Source: Chiloscyllium plagiosum
Lineage: Eukaryota
DNA length: 33,868 nucleotides
Assembly: GCF_004010195.1 (NCBI RefSeq)
Contig: NC_057719.1
Span: 66,846,854 to 66,880,721, forward strand
Direction: 5' to 3'
Under the pieces are notes generated by a model that searched no databases, was not told the origin of the DNA, and saw nothing but the letters and a program-made list of their open reading frames with translations. Positions 12,534-23,057 of the stretch are shown one piece after another. Every line of letters begins with the position of its first letter. Within the stretch, counting starts at the first letter, position 1. A program made the translations under genes and the position numbers.

Positions 12534-12537
12534 TCAA

Positions 12538-12628
12538 GGTTAGAGTGATGCTGGAAAAGCACAGCAGGTCAGGCAGCATTCGAGCAGCAGGAAAATCAAC
12601 ATTTTGGGCAAAAGTCTTTCAGCAGGAG
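12538..12628 (-). mobile_element. Penelope-like terminal fragment
   Basis: tgctggaaaagcacagcaggtcaggcagcat is the reverse complement of 5796-5826. Confidence 0.8.
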
Positions 12629-12848
12629 TGAGTTTATGTCCTCTTCCTCTGTCAAATTAATTTAAACTTTTTGTCAGTCTTTGCAGATTCTAACAGGGTT
12701 CCTTTTGTGTTTAGCTACTGCTCCAGCTGAGCTTAATCTCAGCCTCATCCCTCAGGTTCCACTGTTGCTGTTATCCCCAGGATTACTCTGCTTTGCCATC
12801 TCTGATAAGCTTCCCTTTGAGTCAGTGTAGACTACAGTCTAGAAAAAA

Positions 12849-13430
12849 ATTTTTTTTTGCAAAATTGTACTTTATACATGAATTATCCATAAGTGCATTA
12901 CAATAAATTCAAGTTGGATTACAGAAAATACAATAAAAAAGCACTTTTCTCAATTGAACACTTTACACAACCCAAATGGAAAATTGAAACACTTACTAAG
13001 TATGACCAGAAACTATATGCATTCCAATACAAGCTATGAGGGGTTATATAAGTTAACAGTTCCTTGGCACAATATGGCAGAAAGACCTTAGATAGTGATC
13101 TTTCCTCTCTATGACCTTGGCAGTGGCTGTCCCATTCTTTTCTGTGTCCTTCAGCACATAGTCTTGGACCTTGGAATGTGTAAGTCTGCAACACTTGATT
13201 GAGGATAACTCTGCATTGAAAAAACAACAAATTTCAGGGAGTCCATAGGGTGCTTTTCACTGATTTGATGATCCTCTGGACACATTTTGGTGTGCTTTCC
13301 AGGGAAAAGCAAAAATGGTACAGAGTACTGTGTCACAGAGCACTTCAGGAAGAATTTTGACAAGAACTACTGCATCTCTCTCCAGAATTTCTTTACAAAG
13401 GTACATTCAGATGGATATGTATAATGGTCT
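12849..13430 (-). mobile_element. Tx1-clade (L1 group) LINE 3' fragment with poly(A) tail
   Basis: Minus-strand frames give SKFFLKCSVTQYSVPFLLFPGKHT and CCRLTHSKVQDYVLKDT, like the Tx1 ORF2 C-terminus; T-run at 12849-12858. Confidence 0.78.
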
Positions 13431-13759
13431 CTTAGTTATGGCTCAGGTCCCCCTCAGGTCGGCTCTCTTAATCTGCCTCACAGTGATGCTTGCAGAAAAC
13501 CACCTCCAATTTCAAACATTGCAGCTTTGTTTAAGTTACTTTTTTGAAAACAAATTAGTAATTTCTTGTATACACACATGGTGATCAGTGTGCAGATGCA
13601 ATTCACAGTATTGACTTCCAGTTTAGGAAGTTACTGTTATGCACAGACCTTGGAAGTCTATGCAGAAGAAAAGATAATTATGGGAACAGGTCTAGGCAAA
13701 ACCTACTGAACCTGACATAGTCTGAGACCTTCAAATAATTCTTTTAATTAGATTGGTGA

Positions 13760-15258
13760 TAGAGTCATAGAGTCATTGAGATGTATAGCACGGAAACACC
13801 CTTCGGTCCAACTCATCTATGTCGACCAGATATCCCAACCCAATCTAATCCCACCAGCCAGCACCCACCCTATATCCCTCCAAACCCTTCCTATTCATAT
13901 ACCCATCCAGATACCTTTTAAATGTTGCAATTGTACTAGCCTCCACTACTTTCTCTGGCAGCTCATTCCATACACGTACCATGTTCTGTGTGAAAAAGTT
14001 GCCCTTTAGGTATCTTTTATATCTTTCCCCTCTCACCCTAAACCTATGCCCTCTAGTTCTGAACTCCCCCATCCCAGGGAAGAAACTTTGTCTATTTATT
14101 GTATTCATGCTCTTCGTAATTTTATAAATCTCTGTAAGGTCACCCGTCAGCCTCCAACGCTCCAGGGAAAACAGCCCCAGCCTATTCAACTTCTCCCTAT
14201 AGCTCAATTCCTCCAACCCTGGCAACATCCTTATAAAGTTATTCTGAACCGTTGCAAGTTTCACAACATCCTCTCTATAGGAAGGAAACTAGAATTGCAT
14301 TCAATATTTCAAAAATGGCCTAACCAATGTCCTGGACAGCTGCAACATGACCTCCCAACTCCTGTACTCAAAACTCCGATCAATAAAGGAAAGCATGTCA
14401 AACGCCTTCTTCACTATCTACCTGCGACTCCACTTTCAAGGAGCTATGAAACTGCACTCCAAGGATTTTTTGTTCAGCAAACTCCCTAGGTCCTTACCAT
14501 TAAATGTATAAATCCTACTAAGATTTGCTTTCCCAAAATGCGGCATCTCACATTTATCTAAGTTAAACTCCATCTGCCACACCTTAGCCCATTGGCCCAT
14601 CTGATCAAGATCCCATTGTACATTGAGGTAACCTTCTTCACTGTCCACTACACCTCTAATTTTGGTGTCATCTGCAAACTTACTAACTATACCTTTTCTG
14701 CTCATATCTAACTCATTTATATAAATGACGAAAAGTAATGGAACCAGCACCAATCCTTGTGGCACTCCAGTGGTCACAGGCCTCCAGTCTGAAAAGCAAT
14801 CCTCCACAACCACCCTCTGTCTTCTACCTTTGAGCCAGTTCTTTATCCAAATGGCTAGTTCTCCCTGTATTCCATGAGATCTAACCTTGCTAACCAGTCT
14901 CCCATGGGGAACCTTGTCAAACGCCTTTCTGAAGTCCATATAGATCACATACACCGCTCTGCCCTCATCAATCCTCTTTGTTACGTCTTCAAAAAATTCA
15001 ATTAAATTTGTGAGACATGACTTCCCACACTCAAAGCCATGCTGATTATCCCTAATCAATCCTTGTCTTTCCAAATACATATGCATCCTGTCCCTAAGGA
15101 TTCCCTTCAACATCTTGCCCACCACCAACGTCAGGCTCACTGGTCTATAGTTCCCTGGCTTGTCCTCACCACCCTTCTTAAACAGTGGCACCATATTAGC
15201 CAACCTCCAGTCTTCCGGCACCTCACCTGTGACTATTGATGATGCAACTATCTCAGCA
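13760..15258 (-). mobile_element. Young CR1 (HER1-like) LINE, 5'-truncated, ~1.5 kb, most of RT with frameshifts
   Basis: ORF 14436-15221 PEDWRLANMVPLFKKG...NQHGF...SCLTNL...YMDFRKAFDKVPH...GVPQGLVL...SKFADDTK; (GAGTCATA)n tail at 13760-13777. Confidence 0.95.
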
Positions 15259-15262
15259 ATAT

Positions 15263-15410
15263 GCTACCGTTCCTCTAAATTCTCCAGTCATTGTGTGGAC
15301 CTTTGAAGTCCAAGAGCTGGAGAAACTGTAAGTGAACACATCAACACTTCAATTGGCCTGCATGGACCCTCAGAGCAGCAACACAGTCAAGTAGCTTAGA
15401 GGGAACCTTG
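15263..15410. mobile_element. Short non-autonomous DNA transposon (MITE, hAT-like TIR ...gttccctctaa / ttagagggaac...)
   Basis: Left accgttcctctaa, right agcttagagggaaccttg; internal atcaacacttcaattggc shared with 32029-32190. Confidence 0.6.
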
Positions 15411-15823
15411 ATGATATTGTCGATTAAAGAAGGTCTCAGACTTCGAAGGTCCATGCAATGACTGGAGAATTTAGAGGGAATGTAGCATATCATCAATCTA
15501 ATCAAATGTAATATTTCTTAAGACCAGTAGAGCAGTGGGACTAACAATGAAAACAGTATGGCCCTCCAACCTCAGTCATAACAATTCATTATATTGCGCA
15601 GTAAAATAAGCTTTTAATTTTAGAACTTAGCACATCAAGAGGCTGATTTGTCTAATACATCATGAGATTTCCCCTGTACTGGTAGGTCAAAAAAGATCTC
15701 AATATTGTTCATTAAATTAAGCACATTGATTCTAGGAGTTTATTTTGATCTCAGTCCACTAAAGACATTTACATATAAACAAAATCATACTTACATATCT
15801 GTTTTGTACAGAATAATACATTT

Positions 15824-16016
15824 CATAGAATTATACAGTACAGAAGGGGCCCTTTGACCTATCAACTCTATACCAGCAAAAACTCACAACTGTCTACACT
15901 AGTCCCACTTTCCCTGAACGAGGCCATTAACTTTGAATATTATGTCACTTCAACTGCTCTTCCAGGTTCATTTTAAAGGTTGTGAGATTTCCTGTCTCAA
16001 CTACCTTCCCATACAG
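15824..16016 (-). mobile_element. Old CR1 3' end fragment
   Basis: catagaattatacagtacagaaggggccctttgacc...ctagtcccactttccctg resembles the CR1 tails elsewhere in the window. Confidence 0.65.
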
Positions 16017-16202
16017 TAAAATTTGAGTCTATTGTGATCTTCTTATGTAGCGGGCACTTTGGATTTGTGACACGTTACATTTAACTAACTTATGTTCAAT
16101 TTGAAATGTACATTTTTTGTATTTCTATTAGCATTGTTCATTTCAGATTATAGGATACAATGTCAGTTTCTGATATATTTCACTGAAACCTGATATAACC
16201 AA

Positions 16203-16641
16203 ACAGAATAAAAGTTTGCCTTTCTGTGGCACTTTTCACAACCACCACATTTTACAGCCAATTAAGCAGCTGAAGTGTGGTCACTGTTGTAATATATTAA
16301 ATATAGTAGCCAATCTGCAAATAGTAAAATCCCATAAAGAGTAATACGATAATGATCAGATATTCAGGTCTGGATGTTGCTTGAGGTATAACTGTTAGCC
16401 AAGCTATCAGGAAACTTTCCCCTAGTCTTCTTCAGAATAGTGCTGTGAGATTTTATGTACTCATCCAAATATGAAGATAAGGTCTTTGTTCAAGGTTCCA
16501 TCCAAATAGCAGCATTTTCTCCTAATGAGTACTGCTGAAGAGTTCCCTTAGTACTGCATTAATCAAGTCAGCCTTAATCTTTGTGCTGAAGACATTGAGC
16601 ATAGCAACTCAAAATGTACAGTATGATCAGCCACAGCTGAC
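16203..16641 (-). mobile_element. Deu-domain (SacSINE1/AmnSINE-like) SINE, decayed
   Basis: Recognisable blocks ttttacagccaat, tcactgttgtaat, cttcttcagaatagtgctgtgagattt, cccttagtactgca, tcagccacagctgaca. Confidence 0.65.
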
Positions 16642-16800
16642 ATGAAACTCAGAAATAGTGACATATATGTCTATAATTTTGTTTTCAATCCTGGGCAGCT
16701 TGTGCAGTCCAAACTGTGATGCTTTTGCACTATGAACATATTTGAAGTATAATGCATGCTCTGAACAAGATTTTAATATATTCAATGTATAGATAATTAC

Positions 16801-16844
16801 CATAAAAATGAGCTTGTATTGGAGAGTAGCATTCCTTCTTTATA
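16801..16844 (-). CDS. Candidate coding exon (44 nt, phase 2 to 1): IKKECYSPIQAHFY; alternative open frame YKEGMLLSNTSSFL
   Basis: Acceptor gtttctatacag|T, donor ATG|gtaatt; phase links the 52-nt and 106-nt exons. Confidence 0.4.
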
Positions 16845-16918
16845 CTGTATAGAAACTAGACATAAATTCTAACAATTCTCATCTGCTCATGTAACTTGGT
16901 AATTTTAAGTTTCTTTAC

Positions 16919-16970
16919 CAAATAAATGCCAAGATTATTAAAGTATCAAGCACACTGGCAGCTATTGGCA
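16919..16970 (-). CDS. Candidate coding exon (52 nt, phase 1 to 2): PIAASVLDTLIILAFI
   Basis: Acceptor caattcattctattttag|TG, donor TG|gtaaag; single open frame; the downstream intron would be only 74 nt. Confidence 0.4.
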
Positions 16971-17198
16971 CTAAAATAGAATGAATTGTCCACAATAAAA
17001 CATCAGGATGGCAGCAATCTATTTTTAGTATTTAGAATTATAAATCATCTGAGCCTTGTACTCCAAGTCAGTGTTCCCCCCCGTATTAACTTCTCACTTT
17101 CAAAGATATACCATTTTTTGGAATGTACTAAGTAGAGAGTACTGTGTACTCTGAAACACTTCAGTACGTAACACTAGTACCAAATTTCTTTAAGGTAT

Positions 17199-18100
17199 CT
17201 GCACTCTAATTCAGCAATCTTGTGCATTCTTAATTATAATTGCCCCATCATTGATGATTGTGCCTTCAGTTACCAGTTCCTGAACTCTCACTTTCCTTCT
17301 TTACACATTTCATAAGTCTACCTCTTTGATCTAAGTTTTGGTAATCTGACTTTTTATCTCTTTACTGAAAACAACGAATGTTGGAGATCATAGCAGGTCA
17401 GACATCATCCACGGACAGTGAGCAAGCTAACGTTTCGAGTTCAGATGACTTCATCAGAGCTAAAGTGAAGTGTGGAGGGGTCAGCATTTATGCTATACTT
17501 GTGTGTGTGTGTGGGGGGGGGGGTAGTGTGGAGAGGGGTTTGTGGTGGAGGTGTAGAATGCTGGTAGAAAAACGATGTTCATTGTGTAGGTTAAGTGATT
17601 GTAATGTGAGAATGGCAGAACTATGGTGTGTCTAACTGCCAGACGTGAAAGAAAAGACAGCCCCACTGGGATGGGGGGAGGGTAGAGAGGACATGGTGAC
17701 AAAGAATGTACAAGTAAAGAAGAAAGGGAAGAAATGGGAGAATATAACAAATAAAGATAAGAGAAAGGGAAGAAATGGGAGTTGGTTCGCAATTTACTGG
17801 CACACCACATCTCCACCACTGCCACAAACCATCACGTCCCCTCCCCCTAAACAGCACAAATGCCAACCTCTCCAAACTTCATTTGAGCCCTGATGAAGAG
17901 TCATCTAGACTCAAAGCACTAGCTTTCTCTCTCTGTCCATGGATACTGTCTGACCTGCTGTGATCTCCAGCATTTGCTGTTGTCAGTGTAGATTCCAACA
18001 CTCGCAATCATTTGCTTTTATTATCTCCTTATGTGGCTTGGTATATACTTTGCTTCTTACATGCAAACATGCAATATTGTCCCATTTCCTCATTAAAGTT
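17199..18100 (+). mobile_element. Old L2-like 3' tail (17199-17360 and 18021-18100) split by a Penelope-derived insertion
   Basis: tgtgccttcagt...tctacctctttgatctaagttttggt...ttatctc resumes as ttatctccttatgtggcttggt. Confidence 0.55.
17361..18020. mobile_element. Penelope-derived fold-back element with ~115-bp inverted arms (17364-17479 / 17867-17987)
   Basis: Arms are reverse complements; TSD-like ttatctc at 17354-17360 and 18021-18027; each arm has a hammerhead-like core. Confidence 0.85.
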
Positions 18101-18199
18101 ATTGATTGCTATGGCAATGTTCAACTATAATAATAAGTGGTAAAGAATGGAATTCTGTATTTTGTACATTCATGAATACGGAGGCAAATGATAGAGGTC

Positions 18200-18996
18200 A
18201 TACAGAGATGATAATTACAAATCTAATAAATGGCAAGTAACATTTGCACCACACAAGGGCCAAGCAACAACTGTCTTGAATGAGAGAAAACCTTACTATC
18301 TTTGCTTGATATTCAATTATATTAATGTTGTTGCATCCCCCATCATTAAGAACCTGGGGAGTTAATTGACCAGAAACTGAACTGGACTAGGCATAAGTAC
18401 TGTGGCTACAAAAACAGGTCAGAGACAGGAATTCTGCAGTAGCTCACGTTCTGACACCCCAAAGCCTGTTCACTATCTACAAATCAGGAATGTGATGAAA
18501 TACTGGCCTGGAGGAGGGTAACTCCAATGCGTGACAAAATTGATACCGTTCAGCACAAACAGGCCACTCACTAGCATCACAGTTACCACCATAAACATTC
18601 ACACCTTCCACTGCCTCACAGTGACAGCAGTGTGTGCCATTTGCAAAATCGTTGAAAAAATGTATCTATTCTTCTTTAACAACACCTTCCAAAACTGCGG
18701 CCTCAACTATAGAGTCATAGAGATGTACAGCACGGAAACATCTAGAAGAACAAGGGCAGCAGAGTTATGGGAACTACCTGAAAGATCCCCACTAAGCCAC
18801 ACAGCATCCTGATTTAGAACTATATCAATCCTCCTTCACAGTTGCTGAATCAAAATTCTGTAACTGCCTAATAGCACCACAGGTTTATAAGATGGACTGC
18901 AATGGTTAAACCGTGGTGCTCGCCACTACCTTCTTTCGGGCAATTAAGGATGAATAACAAAGACTGGCTTTGCCTGCAACACTTACATCTCATGAA
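18200..18996 (+). mobile_element. LINE 3' fragment (CR1/L2 group; same family as 10857-11227)
   Basis: KWQVTFAPHK..., DQKLNWT motifs; tail gggcaattaaggatgaata...catctcatgaaaaaa. Confidence 0.8.
18709..18740 (-). mobile_element. 32-bp 3' tip of the young CR1 family
   Basis: atagagtcatagagatgtacagcacggaaaca matches the young CR1 tail, embedded in the older LINE. Confidence 0.8.
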
Positions 18997-19028
18997 AAAA
19001 TTTTAAGAAGTCCTTATTTAGGCTATAC

Positions 19029-19085
19029 CTCCAGTATAGTGTGCATATTTATGCACTGTACTCAAGACATCTAAATTGTAATACA
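19029..19085 (-). CDS. Candidate coding exon (57 nt, phase 1 to 1): YYNLDVLSTVHKYAHYTG
   Basis: Acceptor gattacattttttacag|TG, donor GAG|gtatag; single open frame; lies in a ~120-bp non-repeat island between two retroelements. Confidence 0.45.
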
Positions 19086-19117
19086 CTGTAAAAAATGTAA
19101 TCTAAGTTCACCACATG

Positions 19118-19385
19118 GACTGTCTGTGTGGAGTTTGCACATTCTCCTCATGTCTACATGGGTTTCCTCCGGGTGCTACGGTTTCCTCCCACAGTCCAAA
19201 GATTATGGTAAATTGATCATGCTAAATTGCCCACAGTGTTTGGGATGTGTAGGTTAGGTGCATAAGTCAGGTGAAATGCAAAATAATAGGGTAAGGGAAT
19301 TGGTCCAGGTAGGATACTCTTTGGAGGGTTGGTGTTGATTTGTTGGGCCAAATGGCCTGTTTCCACATTGTAGGGATTCTATGAT
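19118..19385 (+). mobile_element. HE1-type V-SINE, 5'-truncated
   Basis: gactgtctgtgtggagtttgcacattctcc...ggtttcctcccacagtccaaaga...gggccaaatggcctgtttccacattgtagggattctatga. Confidence 0.9.
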
Positions 19386-19838
19386 ACCAGGAATAATAAG
19401 ATATGGCTGCAATGTGCCAGAAAATAATGAATGTGAAGAGTAATGAGTAATTGAGAGAGTTTGCTGATGGATCTTGGGAGTGTTGAATATTTGAGGGTAT
19501 GTCTGAACAATATGGAAGATGTATAGTGGAGAACTGGGGGGAGAGAATCTTTTTGCTCACGCACCATTTCAAAATAAAGCTGGCTTGCTTCATTAAAATG
19601 ATATATTTTTTAACCATTAGCAAAGATTGTCATTCATGAAAGATGTTGCTTTATATTATAACCAAATGCTCAATATCCATTGATTATGGTTATAGATTTT
19701 TTTTAAATCTAGGGTTGTGCTTCCTAAATGGTTTTCCAATATGAATAAAAATTGCCATCACCCCCATTGTGGTGTCTTGATAGAGCTGTGGGGGAAGGAA
19801 ATGTCTTTAATCTTCAGTGATTTATTTTGAAAGCCTAC

Positions 19839-20064
19839 TGTAGTAATTTGAACCAGATGGATCTCCATTGACTATGAGATCCTTGATCAGGGTTGTTAAC
19901 CTCAGCCAATCAGGTACCCCTGACTGACCGATATAAACAGGGGGTTCAGAATCTTTTCACTTCGTGGACTGACTCTGAGTTGGTTGACCACAGCCAACGT
20001 ACTGTGCACATGTAAATAAAGGGTGACTTGGTGACAGGATAATGGCTTCTGTGCAGTTGTTCCA
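19839..20064 (+). mobile_element. Solo LTR (Gypsy-like), 226 bp
   Basis: TG...CA ends; 5-bp TSD cctac/cctgc; CCAAT, TATAAA and AATAAA in the expected order. Confidence 0.8.
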
Positions 20065-21243
20065 CCTGCTTTTCTGGAGCAGGATTCAGGCTTCAAAAAT
20101 TGGTTAGTTAGGCCACGTTCACCATTTTAGAAGTGCGAGCATTTAAAGGGGTGTCACAGTTGTTAGCATTCAGTCCAGGTTGTACGATTCCTGTTGCTAC
20201 CTTGGAGCTCACAACCTCGGTACTTTGTCTCACCACTCACAGTTTGGGAAGACCTGACCTAGATGCTGTATGGAATTTTGAAAGCATCTTTTAAATTTGT
20301 CTTCCAGTTTTATTCCCTCTTCATTGATGGATGGTAGGGAACATTTTAGTGGATATTGGTTGCTGGGATATATGTTTGCAGACACTAGTTGATCGGTATA
20401 TTTTCACTGACATTGATTGGCTTCCAGCACATCACCCAAGTTGTCATTCTCCTGTGTGATCTTAAGCCATGATTTTCAGTATGGTATGTGATCTTCGGGT
20501 CATCAAAATCAATGTGTGCACCAAACATCCATGCCTGTGAACTTTTAGCAAAGGTCACTTGCCAGTAATCACGGGTAGAAACCTTGGCTTATTATTCCAC
20601 TCTCCACTGCAAGTGTTTTTATGAGGTCAATTTGCAGCAGCCATACTGTTACCCTGACCAATATCAACTGACTCAGTGCAAATTGATCTGTATGGCACAG
20701 TTCCAAATGTTACGTTGAATTTGCTAATTGAGCACATTTGATAGAATAGGGCACATATTGAGTAGATTTGCAGATCTCTTTTGGCATATTTTGAACATGT
20801 AAATTAGAAATCTACATCTTAATTACTATATTTATGATGCACAAAATAAATAATATAATTTAAGAATGTCCCTGAATTACAAACACAATGTGTATACAAA
20901 AGACAAACACCAAAGACAGAAAAAGAGGTATATTAGAGCTGTCCATGGAAACAATATTTGCCCTATATATAAGCAAACCGGGGGCCAAATGCCTGTCTGA
21001 GGCCTCCCTTGCAAAATTAGCTGAATGCATTCATTGTGAAGTCAGCTGCTTAACAAGTGTGGTCAGTGTGTAGCTTAACCAATGAATCTTAAAGGGGACC
21101 ACTGAAAGCCATCAACAAAAAAGTAACTTTAAATAATTACTTTTAAAAATGTGGAGCCAGGAGATGCAGGAACGCTTTTCTCTGCTCAACTGCAATCCCA
21201 AGAATGTGGCCTGCTGCTGTTGAACACACCACAAATTGGTTAA

Positions 21244-21440
21244 AGAAAACATAGAACTGTGAATGCAGAAGATCTGTAACAAAATCAGAAGTTGCAGGAG
21301 AAACCCAACAAGTCTGGCAGCATCTGTGGAGCGAAAGCCCAGTGACCCTTCTTCAGAATCATGCTGAAGAATTGCTCTGCTTTCTCTCTACAGATGCTGC
21401 CAGATCTGCTGAGTTTCTTCAGTATTTTCTGTTTTTGCTT
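21244..21440. mobile_element. Small Penelope-derived fold-back (arms ~21278-21338 / 21379-21440)
   Basis: tctggcagcatctgtggagcgaaagc pairs with gctttctctctacagatgctgccaga; hammerhead region largely deleted. Confidence 0.75.
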
Positions 21441-21866
21441 CACTGCAAATCAGTGCCTCCCCCTTAATCGCTTGCCACCTCTCTCAATTTCCCCCTCTCT
21501 GACAATCACATGCCTTCCCCCTCACTCAAACAATTCCTTTCTTGTTTGGTCCCTTTCTCTTCCAGAATCTATCTAAGAACTGCCAGTGATGCAGAGGCAC
21601 AAACTTGCCATTCATTTATCCTGATGAGCTGCCTAAAACTAGCTACAGTTTCTAATGCAGCGGTCTCATATAAATTAGGCCAGGTGCCCTGTATACACTT
21701 TGCATGGGCCAAGCTGCATGTGTTACCAATTTACTTATGGAAGAAAAAGTAGTGGTAGCTATTAAAACATGCAGCCAGATCTATTTTAACAATATATCAA
21801 CTAGAATGCAAAATTTACTTGTAGCACAGCAGATAAGTAGCATGATTATGAAGAAGAGTGGCAGCT

Positions 21867-21867
<1 letters not shown>

Positions 21868-21892
<25 letters not shown>
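21868..21892. repeat. (GA)n microsatellite
   Basis: About 12 GA units. Confidence 0.95.
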
Positions 21893-21895
<3 letters not shown>

Positions 21896-21897
<2 letters not shown>

Positions 21898-23052
21898 TAG
21901 AAGAATCCGTACAGTGTGTAAACAGGCCCTTCAGCCCAACAGGTCCACACCGACCCTGTTAAGAGTAACCCACCCAGACCCATTCCCCTACCCTATTACT
22001 CTACATTTGCCCCCGATTAATGCACCTAAACTACACATCCCTGAACACTATGGGGAATTTAGCATGGCCAGTTCACCTAATCTGCACTTAGAGTCATAGA
22101 GATGTACAGCATGGAAACAGACCCTTCGGTCCAACCTGTTCATGCCAACCAGATGTCCCAACCCAATCTAGTCCCACCGGCCAACACCCAGCCCATATCC
22201 CTCCAAACCCTTCCTATTCATATACCCATCCAGATGCCTTATAAATGGTGCAATTGCAGCAGCCTCCACCATTTTCTCTGGCAGCCCATTCTACACACAC
22301 ACTACCCTCTGTGTGAAAAGGTTGCCACTTAGGTCTTTTTATAACTTTCCCCTCTCGTCCTAAACCTATGCCCTCTAGTTCTGGACTCCCCCTTGTCTAT
22401 TTACCCTATCCATTCCCCTCATGATTTTATAAACCTCTAGAAGGTCAGCCCTCAGCCTCTGACACTCCAGGGAAAACAGCCCAGCCTATTCAGCCTCTCC
22501 CTATAGCTCAAATCCTCCAACTCTGGCAACATAATTGTAAACCTTTTCTGAATCCTTTCAAATTTCATAACATCATTCCGATAGAAAGGAGACCAGAATT
22601 GCACACAATATTTCAAAAGTGGCCAAACCAATGTCCTGGACAGCTGCAACATGACCTTCCAACTCTTGTACTCAATACTCTGACTAATAAAGGAAAGCAT
22701 ATCAAATGCCTTCTTCACTTTTCTATCTACCTGCCACTCCACTTTCAAGGAGCTATGGACCTGCACTCCAAGATCTCTTTGTTCAGCAACACTTCCTTGG
22801 ACCTTACCACTAAGTGTATAAGTCCTGCTAAGAATTGCTTTCCCAAAATACAGCACCTCACATTTATCTAAATTAAACTCCATCTGCCACTTTTCAGGAC
22901 TGTGGGAGGAAACTGAAGCACCTGGAGGAAACCCACGCAGACATGGGAAGAATGTGCAAGCTCCACACAGACAGTCGCCCAAGGCTAGAATTGAACCCGG
23001 GTTGCTGGTACTGTGAGGCAGTACTGCTAATCACTGAGCCACTGTACCACCC
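21896..23052 (-). mobile_element. Full-length HE1-type V-SINE (21896-22088 and 22893-23052) split by a CR1 insertion
   Basis: 5' end gggtggtacagtggctcagtgattagc (A box), ggttcaattc (B box), V core and CR1-like tail; halves rejoin at cacctaatctgcac|...ggactgtgggagg. Confidence 0.9.
22089..22892 (-). mobile_element. Young CR1 (HER1-like) 3' fragment, ~0.8 kb
   Basis: KWQMEFNLDKCEVLYFGK...QRDLGVQVHSSLKV; gagtcata tail. ORF 22452-22982 is a SINE/LINE chimera. Confidence 0.95.
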
Positions 23053-23057
23053 TAAAA

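Noticed and set aside
14436..15221. 261-aa reverse transcriptase ORF as an active or novel RT system
   Set aside because: Ordinary 5'-truncated, frameshifted CR1 copy lacking the endonuclease and ORF1.
8235..16844. By-eye resemblance of the spliced peptide to CATSPERB (C-x12-CL; ALAIVNL...P...FP)
   Set aside because: Short, needs gaps, and a further matching block (IWLHV at ~21780) is out of order. It shows that remembered twilight-zone matches, including the C9orf72 one, can arise by chance, so no gene symbol is assigned.
17124..17167. Imperfect hairpin centred on agagtac-tgt-gtactct, pre-miRNA-like
   Set aside because: Only 7 contiguous pairs, a 3-nt loop and bulged flanks; too weak.
20070..20700. 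Possible RTE or ancient SINE remnant
   Set aside because: No motif could be matched convincingly.
21615..21650. ctgatgag hammerhead-like start
   Set aside because: No stem II or GAAA box follows.
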